The translations under genes and the position numbers were made by a program. A DNA stretch of 64,000 nucleotides from Lingula anatina (Eukaryota > Animalia > Brachiopoda). The stretch covers positions 19,530,001 through 19,594,000 of the forward strand of contig CM120641.1 of assembly GCA_051362555.1 (NCBI GenBank), read 5' to 3'. Shown in pieces: positions 50,216 through 62,554 of this stretch. Below the pieces are notes generated by a model, which saw only the letters and a list, made by a program, of their open reading frames with translations, searched no databases and had not been told where the DNA came from. Each line of letters opens with the position of its first letter. The first letter of the stretch is position 1.

Positions 50216-53200
50216 TCACCAGTAACACAGCACAGTGATGGTCCCAGGTTTTTCTGGTGAGGCAGTGATTAGTTTGGTTTCAGTGACCTGCATCAGATGG
50301 AGTCTTGTGGGCTGCCTATGGACAACATTATACTTTCTACCCATCTGAAATTTAAATTCAGTCTTCATTGGATGCATCATAAGATACAATTTTTAAAAAA
50401 ATAGTGGCAACCAAAAATTGATACAAGACTTAAAAATATATGCTAAAAACATGTAGAAAGTACATGATGAAAGACAGGAAACAATGTCATACAATGTAGG
50501 TGTTGTCTTTTAAGGAATATCACAATGTAAGAACTAAGACTACAATTCAAACCATATTGTTTCAAAACAAAAATCACTAAAGCAAGGACACACACACACA
50601 CGCATGCACACACACATGCATATGCACACATCACACATGCATGCACACACATGAATGCATACACACACGTACACACACACAGACACATGGACTGAGGGAA
50701 GGATGAATGAAAGACACATACCCTATAATTCCATATGACAATCTTCTTCTGGTCCCCACCACTAACCAGCTTATGTTCATCAATATGCAAGCACCTCACC
50801 ACTCCAAGATGTTCTCTCAAAGTATACATCAATTCTCCTGCAAATAATGTACATTAGTCACTGATATGATTTTTATGTGACTTGTCACAACTCATTTTCT
50901 CTCTTGGACCAGCATGCCAAGAAAAAGAACACTGACAGATTGCAAAGTCACATCCAAATTAGAATACAGATGGTTTAAGTTAACAAACAGTGCATTATCT
51001 GTCAAAACAATTAAGATCAATATCTGCAATGCATATGTACCACTTCTAGCTTTTTTTAATTATATAAGAAAACTGTGACTATGGCAAAATTGGCAAAAGT
51101 GAGATGTTAGGACCACATAAGTCTGACAACAAACCTGTCATCCTAGATTTTTATAGTTAAATCTTAATATCATGAAATAAATAAATAAATGAATTAATTT
51201 ATATATAGTTTTTATTGAGGGTAAAAACCTCAATATAAAATTTATTTATCCCATGGCCCTCAAAGTGTAAAATTCACACAATTGATTCCTACTAGGCTAA
51301 TAAAAATGTAATTTCATACGAAGACAGACAATGTTTTAATATATAATGTTAGTTGTGAATTCTTAGTTCAGCAATATCCCTTTATAACCTTAGTGAACCC
51401 CATCCAAAACCACTGAGAAAATTAACATGATTCTGTTTTCAATTTCTAATTTTCTCATTTTTACTGTAATGGGCAAAATTCACCAGGGTCAGATTATGAA
51501 AATTAAATTTGTCTTAATAAAAGTTTTTTGCTCATTGTGTGCCTTTCATATTTTTTCACATTCATCACATCTGACACAACTCAACTACCACATTTCCTAC
51601 TCTCTCACCTGCATGGGACCATATCCTGACTGTGCTATCAGAAGAACCTGATGCAATCACAGCATTGTTATACACCAAGCAGTACTGAAACATTGAAAAT
51701 GCAAACCTGTATTACATATATGCAACAGCAACTTAAATACTGACACATAAAATCATCTATCTACTTTTCAAACTCCATGCAAACCTTTCAAAAAACATGT
51801 AGTACACATTACACTTGCTGTAGTACCTACCACTTCCCCTGTGTGTCCCTTTAAAGTCCGCACACACTCTCCAGTCTTTGTCTGCCATATTTTCAGAGTA
51901 CTGTCAGCACTTCCACTGATGATTTTCTGGTCATCAAACTGACAGCAATTCACAACTAAAAAAGGAAATACCATCCTTTACAAACATAAATACAGTTTGA
52001 ACTTTGAACTTTAATTGTAAAGGGGTGCTGTCAAAACTGTCAGAGAATTTCTTTTGGGAGGAAATAATGAAAAAAAAAATCAGATGATCATCAGACTGTA
52101 TTAGTGACTGTATAAAGTTCATGTTTTTATTGGCAAACCTTCAGTGTGCCCCATCAAAGAGTGGACTCCATGTCCCTCAGCTATGTTCCACAAAATCAAA
52201 GTGTTGTCCCAGGAGCCTGTGAGAGCCAAGGAGCCATGCACTGCCAAAGACTAGAAAGGCAAGGAGAGATACTGAAGAAATTCTTAATTCATTACGTTTT
52301 GTTGTCAGTAAATATTCGGAGGGATATTGGTGGTATCAGTTGAAAATTAGACAAAGGCCAGACAGTGAAGCTTGCAAATAGACAGATGCTTAAGAGAAAT
52401 CTTCCTGATTATTTCAAACTTAACCTGCCTTTCCTACCAAGCAAAGCTTGCTAGTAAATTTACAGTAAAACAAAAATATGCTTAAGCACTTATGGGCAAA
52501 TATCACAAAATGCACAAAAAAATCTAATGACAGTACTAAGCACCTGAACATGCTAACTTTCAAATATTTTTATCAAATAAAACTCCCTAGTTAAATTAGA
52601 CAGCAGAGCTGGCAAGTTTACATGCATATGACAAATATGATAAAACATCATACCAATGTATACAAAAAAAAAAAAAAAACAATAAAATAAAAATAAAAAT
52701 AAATAAATAATAATAATAAAATTGTCAAAATAATCCAATTAAGCTAATTTTTTAAAGAACCTGTCTTTTAACCAACAAAGCCACCCAGAAATGTTATAGA
52801 ATGTGCAACAGGAGCACTTCTGTATAAATAAATGGTGCCTTACCTCTATTTCATCAGTATGCCCCCTTAAAATGTACATCTGCCTGTCATCTGGCACACT
52901 CCAAACCCTCACAGTCCTATTAAATGCACACCGCCAGTTTACTTACAATGTTAAAGAACTATTTTTATAAAGGGAAAGATGTAGAAATGAAATTGACTTT
53001 ATCAAACAATTCATTAACTTATTCAATGAAAATTATATGTAGAGCGTGAAAAGCAAAAATGATTAAAATTAACTCACTTGTCAGAACTAACACTTATAAT
53101 AGTTTCTCCATCAAATTCTAACTTGTCCACACTTCCAGTGTGACCAAAGAATGACTGAAGTATCTGACCAGTGGTAGAGTCATACACTCTGATCCCACTG

Positions 53201-55181
53201 TCTGCACAACCTGTCACTATAATGTTACCCTGAAAAAAAAAAGACTTCAATTAACATGGAATAATACATAATATAAGCTGCTACACATTTATGCACAATA
53301 AATAAATAAATAAATAAATGATTTGTAATTGAAAAATATGGACCATAAATTAAATTTTGTTGTCATATTTTTACAAATGGACAGAAAATAGAAACAAAAA
53401 AACATGTACAAAGTCGATTAATTACTAAATTGTATAAAATTGGTAATACGGCAAAAGGTCAAAAATTGTGTAAAAAAGTACAAAATCCCAATACCTTGAA
53501 TTTTATTGCTGTAATCACATCTGAATGTCCTTCTATCTTAAATAGGCAGACATATTTATGAAGATCCCAGATACGCAGAGACCTATCACAGCTTCCACTG
53601 ACCAACACATGACCTGCATGAAATAACACATTTTCTTTTCACAAGCTCTGCACACCTTGAGATTGTGACTTAGAGTATTAGAACTACATGCAGGTGGACA
53701 GTTCATTATTCAATAAATTATGATTTTTATGTGAAATGAATAAATAAAAATTATTATAAATTATATGCAATCAACCAGTACAGTGTCATTTAGGGAAACT
53801 CTTGTTTTATGGAACAAATAACTTTGCAGTATGTTTGTTTGGTCTTGCTTTGAATTGTATGGTATAAAAAAATAATATTAGAAAACCAAGTAAAGCAATT
53901 TTGAATTTCAACCATCAATCTTGTGGCCTCCTCTTTTAAGCTGATTAAACTGATAAAGAAAGATCTCTCTGTGTATAAGGATATCATTAAACAAGGCCGC
54001 ATGAAAGATGTTTGTTTTTCTGGTTAAATCCATAAAAATATATATACTATATAAAACATTCCTTCTGTTTTGCACAATATTTATATATATTTATCATATT
54101 TTGTATATTATAGAATTAAATATATATATTTATCTATCTAAGATATTATTGTACCATTGGAGTCAAAGGCAGACACTTGGTCCGAGTGTCCTCTCAGGAT
54201 GGGAGCCACCAGATAACGCCCCTTCTCCCAATTCCGTAATAAATGATGTGTCTTTATAAAAACAGCTTTCCATTTCTTGATGGGTGGAAGAGAACTTTCT
54301 AATGGCACTGAAAATAAGAAATGTATGATTTTTGAAACTAAGCTAAACTAAGACTTTTGTCTTAAGATCTCTATTATGAAGTCAAATTAAGAGTGCATAT
54401 ACTTGGGATCAAATATATCAATCACTCAACTTCATTTTTCTTTTGGTGATATTTTTCTATAATACCAAAATCTCAATTTTTCAATGGTTATATGAGTAAC
54501 AGGCATCTTTCCTGCTATATAACATTTCACTTATTACCTTCTAAGTCAAATATTGGAGATGTCCCTGATATTGAGTGGCTGCTACCCTGTGAAACATTCT
54601 CAGAACACAGATCAAAGGTCACGCCATACTTAAACCATCCACGAACCATGCAATGATGGAGCCTAGAAAAAAGTATTTACAGCTTTGAAAGAATCATTAA
54701 AGTGTGGTTAGGTAATCCTTAATAATAATTAAGGCTGAATCTAGAAAAACTGTAGTCTCCACTGTAATACACCCTGACTTACAGGGCCTGCCTGCCTATC
54801 CCATTTTAGAAATGTAAGACGAGGTACAGTACATGTAAGTTCTCAGTGTCCTCTGAAATTCAGGGTATAATCCTGTCTTTGAAAACTTTAGACTCCATAC
54901 TGTATGAAACTGATAATGTCAGTTGGTATATGTAACCATGACAATAACATTTACATTTAACAGACATTTTCATACACTTTACATGAACATATTTTGAAAT
55001 CCATGAAAATAAATTAACTTTCCATGGTAGTCTTCAAATTTACTTACCATAAAGAGCTTCCACTTGTCTTTTCCCTCCATAGCTTATTCACACATCCAGC
55101 TTTACTAAGCTCTGATGCAGTGAGATATGAAAGGATTTTCTCTGCCAACTCATGGGGTAATGTGGCTATGAAGTCTACCAT
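50216..55181 (-). CDS. F-box/WD40-repeat protein (FBXW7/SEL-10-like architecture), 437 aa
   Basis: Eleven phase-consistent exons 55181-55048, 54662-54538, 54307-54155, 53613-53495, 53229-53078, 52916-52844, 52250-52139, 51955-51831, 51684-51609, 50837-50722, 50344-50216. F-box [18 protein letters not shown]...VNKLWRE. About 7 WD repeats ([36 protein letters not shown]). Exact orthology not assignable. Confidence 0.9.
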
Positions 55182-55673
55182 GATAATTCATAGACATTTT
55201 GCTAACCTAAGAAATAAAATTGATTTAAAAAAGAATCAAGGAAAAACCAGTAATTTTTCAGTATTCCTTCTTCCAACCTATGTATAAGTCTCTGTTTATG
55301 TATTTTTATCTAAATTCAATTATACAGTGATTTTGATCAATTTCTTTACTATTAAAATTAATTAGATCGACAATTTACTTTCGATGTTTTTAGGAGAAAC
55401 TTTTAACCCATTAAAGTACAGGTTATTTCTGGGGTGAATATCTGCCATAATCTCCTTGGTAGAAGTTTATAAGTCTCTTGCAAAAACTTTTTTAAAAAAC
55501 TAGTATATAGTCTACACTTTCAAAACTAATCTATATGAAAAGCAGAGGCATTGATCAAAGTCAATACTTAACTGATCAAAAACGACCAAGTTTGACTTAG
55601 TATTTCGATAATATTTTCACTGTTTGGTATTGACTGACTTATCTCTCAATACTAATGCAAATTTAAAACTCAC

Positions 55674-55861
55674 CCAAACAATTTCCTCAAAAAAGTAACA
55701 AGAAGATAAGATATTGCAGTGTAGAAAAATTTATGTAACTAACGACGCCTCATACTTGCCGCTTGCACAGGAAGTTAATAAGTTGTCTTGATTCCTGCCT
55801 TCAATTTGCGGAGAAGAACTTCCTGAAGTTTCACCTCAGTTAAACCTGCTGAGAGCACAAA
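55674..55861. promoter_or_regulatory. Compact bidirectional promoter and 5' ends of the F-box/WD gene and ACTR10
   Basis: Minus-strand non-coding exon donor GTGAGT at 55673; ACTR10 ATG at 55862; local CpG enrichment; ETS-like CAGGAAGT and ACTTCCTG in opposite orientations. Confidence 0.6.
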
Positions 55862-58800
55862 ATGCCACTGTATGAAGGGATTTCTTATGCTGGTGACAAA
55901 AATGCAGTGATCATAGACATTGGAACTGCTTACACAAAGTAAGTGAAAACATTGTTAATATCATCGTGGTTTAATAAGTTTCTGCGTACGTATTTTGCAG
56001 GTTACTCCCCGCCTCAAATTCTCAATTTCTCAAAGATTGATTGGGAGACATACGTTTCTGTGTTAAATGCTATGTTATTTACGTGTTTTATTGAAACTGA
56101 AAGGCGTATGTCGCTTAGAGGCACCATGGCAATGTTACACTTTGTAACATATAACGATATCTGAAGTGTGCTAAAAGTAAAACCACGCAGGTTAATTGTT
56201 CCTCTGAAGTTCTCATACGACATGCATTGTGGTACATGTACAAGTACAGGTAAGTACACGGTTCCTTCTGTGATTATAATATATTTATAGAGGGTTTCTC
56301 TTTCATTTTACTGTTTATAAACATTGGTGTTTTATGGTTAAAAGATTGCTTTTTTTTCCAGTTTTTTGTAGGAGGGATTGTTAACTCAATGGAAATTGAA
56401 AACCAATCATTGTTTTCAATCACCAGAATTAGTAACACAAGGTGAAAATATAGTACATTTAACATGTTAGATTTCATGCATCTCTCATTCCAGGTGTGGT
56501 TTCAGTGGTGAGACAGCACCAAGATGTATTGTGCCTAGTGAAATAAAGAGATCAAGTAGTGGACAGGTATTGATATGTGAAAACTTGATTGTCAGTCACT
56601 GAACAGAAAAACAGCATGTCATTTTAGCTCAGTACCATGCATCAACAACCAGTCCAACCCTAAGCTTTTCTCTTTGTGATTTTTAATCTATGCATTAAAA
56701 AACCAACTGATTGATAAATTAAATGATGGATGCAAACATGTGAACATGATATATCCAAGTAAAGGCATTGTGAAAATTCGGGATAACATCATCCATTTTC
56801 CCTGTATTTCTCAAGAATGTTACTGCTTCTAACATACTTTAAAGCTAGCTGTGTGCCTGATATCATGTTACTAGTTGCCGCTACAAACACTAATAAGAAG
56901 CATGATATCTTGTAATTAAGAAGGTCATGTAAAACAGGACTAATATTTTTGTGTACTTAAACTTTATTTTATTCAAATTAATTATATTTTAGGTTGTAAA
57001 AGTCCATCAGTATAACACAGAAGAAGAACTTTACGAAATTCTGGTTGATTTTATACACATGCTGTACTTCAGGTGAGTGCTAACAAAGAACATTATACAT
57101 GTATGTTGGAGTTCATGTAGTTCCTCTGATGATTTCAATGTATATCTCTGCACTGGTCAACATTGATTTTGATTATAGTTTTTTAATGGCCACAGTAACA
57201 AAATTGCAGTTACAAGAAATAAAATATTTTTGTTTCAAATGAATTTAGAATTAGGTTATACAATATTTGTAGGAAACAGGGCATGTGCTTTTATATTTTT
57301 AATGTATTAATGGAGCTACAGAATTTTATTTATTTTTTTTTTTTTTGCAAGAGCATTTTTTGGTATTCAGTCATCTATTTTCTTTCAGACATGTGCTGGT
57401 GAATCCTAAAGACAGGCGTGTGGTGGTGTGTGAGTCTCTCCTAACACCCACTGTATTCAGAGACACATTGGCAAAAGTACTATTTGAGCATTATGAGGTT
57501 TGTAGTATAAAATGTATGCAGTGAAAAAAACTTTAAGTCTTATTTAAATCTTAGTGATAAAGTCAATCACTAAACTATAAAAACAGAATTTCACCAGGGA
57601 TGAATCTTTAATAGATTTGAATTTTACTGAAAACATGTTATTTAATCTGTTTTCCAGGTTCCTTCCATTCTCTATGCTCCCACTCATCTGGTTTCCCTGT
57701 TCACACTTGGAATCTCATCAGGTCTCGTCATGGATGCTGGGTTCACAGAAACATTTGTATTACCCATATCCTTTAAAGTCATTCTGTTGAAATTTCCTGA
57801 ACAGGATTTGTTTCAAATGTCACAGTTTTTCTGTGTTTTCAGCGTCAAGAAATCTAAATTGTCAGTATGGTTAAAATGTATGATATAAAGACCATTTATC
57901 CATTTTGTTAGACAATATTTTGAAAAATTTATAAACAAATGTGGTCTCTGTTTCCTTAACAGCTGTTACATATATGAAGGGATACCAATCCTGAAAGCAT
58001 GGGAGGCTATTCCTCTTGGAGGGAAAGCGATACATAGGTATTTGTGTCCAGTAGAATTTGTATAAAACAGATAGAAAACCATTTTGTGTGCTAAATTACC
58101 AAGAGATATTTTCAGTTTGGTGTAAAATAAGAAAACAAAAAATAAAAATAAAACAAATATCAGAGCATAACTTACAATTTATGAACAAAATTTTACATGT
58201 GTTTTTATTTATAAAAACAATCTGTTTAATCTGTTAACTTTCCTTCAGAACATAAAATTGATTACAATAGATTGCTCTTATTTAACACTGAATATCATAA
58301 CCATATTTTTTTAGAAATTTAGAGAGCAAACTAATGGGATCTGCAGTTGTCAAAACACAGGATGCTGAAGAAAGGCAACTGTGCTCTGTTGTAGGTTAGT
58401 AAATACAATAATACTACAGTGAACGTGAAGGAGAAAAGACCCATATATGATGTACATGTACCTGTGTCTGAAAGCTAGATCCACCATATTTATTCATTTA
58501 TTTATTTATTGCAACATCTACCATTATATAAGTTAGACAAGCCTCTTTTCAGCAAGGCATATATGACATCCAGGTTTCATTCACAGTTGTGTGTATCACA
58601 ATCACCTTTGTCACTTGCGGAAATATTTTAATTTTACCAATAAAACTGACCATACTAAGAATGAAAATCTTAAGAAGAATCTCAACTTTTTGAATACAAT
58701 ACTGTGTATATACCAGTATATTGTATGCACCTGTTATATTGACACATTTATGTGTTCCAGGTTCATTATCTGAAAATATACTGGAAGACATCAAGGGTAG

Positions 58801-60509
58801 GGCAACTTTAAGTATTATATATACTAAATTGTGAGGTAATTGATAGATTGAGATATCACAAGGGGTTTGCAGCCATATTGACATTGAAGGGTTCAAGATA
58901 TCTACTTGGCATTTTAAGAGCAATTTTGATGATTGAATGATAAAAACAAACTATTGAAATTGTCATAAGGAGTATGTGCTCAGAACCAAGATGTTTTTGA
59001 AATAGTTAAGTTCATAATAGAAAGCACTATTTTATTAAGTTATTTTATTAAATTATTTATTAATATTTATTAATTTTATTAAATTATGAATTGTTATACC
59101 TTGTCTGCCATTCCAGTGCGGTGTTGTTTTGTAACCAAGATGGAGCGTGCCAAGCAGATCCAGAAGTTTATGCTACAAGAGAGTGGGCTAACAGGAGAAT
59201 CAAGAGTTGAGGTAAATAGACAACACACAGTTTGGAATTCAAAACAGTTTGTAATGTGCACTAAAATTTGTGTTGAAAGTCTTATTGGAAATTCCACGTT
59301 TAGTTATTTTTGTAGCAGTATGGCTGTTGAAATGTAGCAGTTTCTTTAAACAAATTTTGACTTCTTTCTCACTGTGGTGTTTTTCATGTTACTTGCAGGC
59401 TCCTAAACCTCCACCTGATGTAGAGTATCCTTTAGATGGAGATAAAATACTTCACATTGAAGGAAAGATAAGGTGATTCAAATATATTATGTGAAAAAAA
59501 CTCAATATTATGTCAAATATTTGAAATCAGAATTAGGAAAAAAAAGACATTAAAGTTGAACCACAGACTTTGTAGTCTGATCAAGACACATTTTGTTCCT
59601 TTGTCAGCATCATCATACTTTTAGTAAATGAAATGCACTTATCTGTTATGAAAGAAAGATGGATAAATACAGTTGCACATATTTTTCTGCCTTTGAATTT
59701 GAATAATTTTGTAAAAAAATTGATTCATCATTATTGTTATCAAGGGAAAATACCTGTGAGGTTTTGTTTGAGCAAGACAATGAAGAAAAATCGGTGGCCA
59801 CATTAATATTGGATTCTATTATAAAGGTAAGATGTACCAATACTTTCAAATTGGTTAAATAGTCTAATTGTGATGAAGCTCATTTGAAATGATGAAAAAC
59901 TTGTACTTGGTTATCAAAAAATAATTTAATTTTTTTTTTATTTGATATTCCAGTGTACTATAGATATGAGGAAAACTCTGGCAGAGAATATAGTGATAAT
60001 GGGTGGAACAGCTATGCTGCCTGGTTTTCTCCACAGACTACAGAGTGAGTTGTATGACCTCCTGAGCAAGAACAAATACAAGCAACAACTAGCCATCAAG
60101 AATTTTAAATTCCATCAACTTCCATGTAAGGAGAATTATGCAGCATGGCTGGGAGGTGAGGATACAGTTTGTTATATAATTATTATTTTAAAAAATAAAT
60201 AAAAACATTTGGTATATATTCCCAATTAAGTACATTTCTACAGTATTCAGTGTATACATTATTATTATTTACATTTTTCAAAAATACTATACATATTTAA
60301 TTGTTTATGTTTTATTTGGGAACTGATGTGAATATGTTTATCCAAAATCACTTTGTACTACAGGTGCAATGTTTGGTGCTTTGGAGGTGCTTCAAAATCG
60401 ATCACTCTCAAGAGAACAGTTCCAAGAAACTGGCGTTATACCAGACTGGTCTTCTCTCGGCTTTGAAGAAGAGAGTGAAAGGGAGGAAAAACCTGCAGTG
60501 AAAAGATGA
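55862..60509 (+). CDS. ACTR10: Actin-related protein 10 (dynactin Arp10/Arp11), 409 aa
   Basis: Exons 55862-55938, 56494-56566, 56993-57072, 57389-57497, 57658-57765, 57970-58037, 58315-58394, 58761-58796, 59117-59211, 59399-59472, 59745-59826, 59954-60155, 60364-60509 (1230 nt). MPLYEG...[62 protein letters not shown]. Confidence 0.96.
57766..57969 (+). other. U12-type (minor spliceosome) AT-AC intron in ACTR10
   Basis: 5' site ATATCCTTT, branch site TTCCTTAAC (57952-57960), 3' AC (57968-57969). Splicing restores ...TFVLP|IYEGIP in frame. Confidence 0.95.
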
Positions 60510-60784
60510 ACTTTTCCATCAACTCAGTGTAGTGACATTTGATGTTGTATGTTGTGCCAGTTCCAGTGTAACCATTAGGATCTTGCAGCAGAACTGATGC
60601 ATCTAGCTAAAGATGAATGATTTGAGAACTCTGCTAATTTGGTTTCATTCACTTATTTTTTGCTACAAGATCCACTGTTACATACACTCCAACTTTCATT
60701 TTTAATTAAAAAATTTCTTTGAATCACTAGTAACTTCATCCTGTGTTGTCCTGCATTACATGTGCGTGTAATATGGATACATGT

Positions 60785-62554
60785 TTATATGTCTGCACCA
60801 GCACTAGATGGAGTCTGTTTCTCCTTGTTATCTTCTATATTATGGAGAGAGCTGTATTTATGAGCATTCAGCTTGGGTAAAATGTGTGGTCGCCGTCGTT
60901 GGTGTGATAGGCTTGTATTGCTGCCAGCATTGCTGTCATCTTGAGTCATACCAGACGAAGTTAGAATCCCTTCCTGAAAGATCATATTTATATTTAGTTT
61001 ATTTGACAAAGATACTTGCAGAAATACATTCTGCATTTTACAGATGTTGATTGGTAATTTTACATAGATAAATCTTACATGTGTATGCTCTTTTCACATT
61101 GAGTGTTACATTTTAGCGGTACATTCTGTCGGGCGCACTTTGAGAGACGGCGTGTTAAGACCTCTCAAAGTGTACCGGTACAGACTTGTCACTAAAGTAC
61201 ACAGCTCGATGCGAAAAGATCTTATGCGTTGGTGTCAGTTACTAAACCGAAGAATAATGCAAATATATAGAATCGTGATGGATTGAAGGTGTTAGGGTTT
61301 TCAGCTTATGGTCTTTTGGCTTTCATTTAAACCTTGCACGAAAGAAATGCCAGTTTGTTTCAGGTATGTAAATAAACGAAGAGACTGCACTGCTTTTGTT
61401 ATTTTGGTTATTGTCCTTATCTAAAATTCTGAAGTCTTTGGAAATGAATTGAGTGCGAAAAAAAATGATTTTCTCAAAATATGGTTCGGCTGCGTCAACC
61501 AATTTATCAAATTTGTCCGATATAACCGCAATATTTTCTTTTCTTTTTATGCAGATTAAAAAAATTCACCCAATTCTATTCCGATGACCGGAAACATTTT
61601 CTTATTTTTTACATCTAAGGCAGTATGGATATATCGCGGTAAATGCATGCATCTTTTTAGTAGTTGTAACACTGCCCCATACTTACCGAATGGAGTCTGT
61701 CTAATATTTCGTTGCTTCGCTTGAAACTGCTTCGTGGTGGTCCGATAACATTTTCCTCTCTTAACTTTTTGAGGATTTGGTCCTCCGAAGATTTTGCACT
61801 ACCTAAAATATGCCTTGTGATAGATTCAGAAAGTTTAAACTGCATATCATATTTCAAAATCACTATGTCGTTCCAAGTTTTTGGCCAGAACTTGGCAATT
61901 ATTGGTTTTCTCATTTCTTTAAAATTCCAAATAATTCAAGAATGATTAAAGTATTTTACTCGAAATTTGATGAAAAGAAACTCGCATACTACCCTAGGGT
62001 TCGTAAATAAAATGACGTTTTACTCAAAGAAACGTAGATCCTATTGAACATGAGAGTAAAATGTTGCGTAATATTTCGTGGTCATTAAGCTCTAGTCATG
62101 TTATGATTATAGGCTAAGTCTTCGGTGTAGATCTACATTTGATCAAATTGCTTCAGTAGGCCTAATCATCAAAGCTAAAATCTATGCTAAATTCGGTTTA
62201 CTTGCCTGACATGGATAGCGGTGAGTGTACAGAGGTCAAAGGTTCCAAGTACGGACTTGAGTCAACCTGCAGCGGACGACGGGGGTGACATGTTTCTCCA
62301 CACGCAATATCCTGTTCATCCTCCTCAGTCTCATCATCTTCCATGTTCGCCGCATCAATCTGCTCGAAATTATGCGCTGACTTTTTTTCATCGGCGACCT
62401 CTTCGGAGCTAGTGCCGTTACCACCGCTTCCAATGTTGTCATTTTTCAACTCGGAATCGTCAAGGTGTTCAAGTATAAGATTGTCTTTCTTGCTATTTAG
62501 AGAAATTGACTTTATTTTCGTTGATTTAGATCTACGTGAAATGACCGCCCCCAT
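60785..62554 (-). CDS. Small 217-aa largely disordered protein, predicted N-myristoylated, STMND1/CCDC198-like motif
   Basis: Exons 62554-62206 (GC donor AG|GCAAGT), 61802-61687, 60973-60785 give 654 nt open. MGAVISRRSKSTKIK; acidic tract; SSEDQILKKLREENVI and SNEILDRLHSEGIL; RRRPHILPKL. Confidence 0.7.
61050..61246. mobile_element. Decayed palindromic MITE / long hairpin in an intron
   Basis: Core CACTTTGAGAG / CTCTCAAAGTG, extending imperfectly through CTTTTCACATTGAG / CTCGATGCGAAAAG to TTGGTAATT / AGTTACTAA. Confidence 0.55.
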
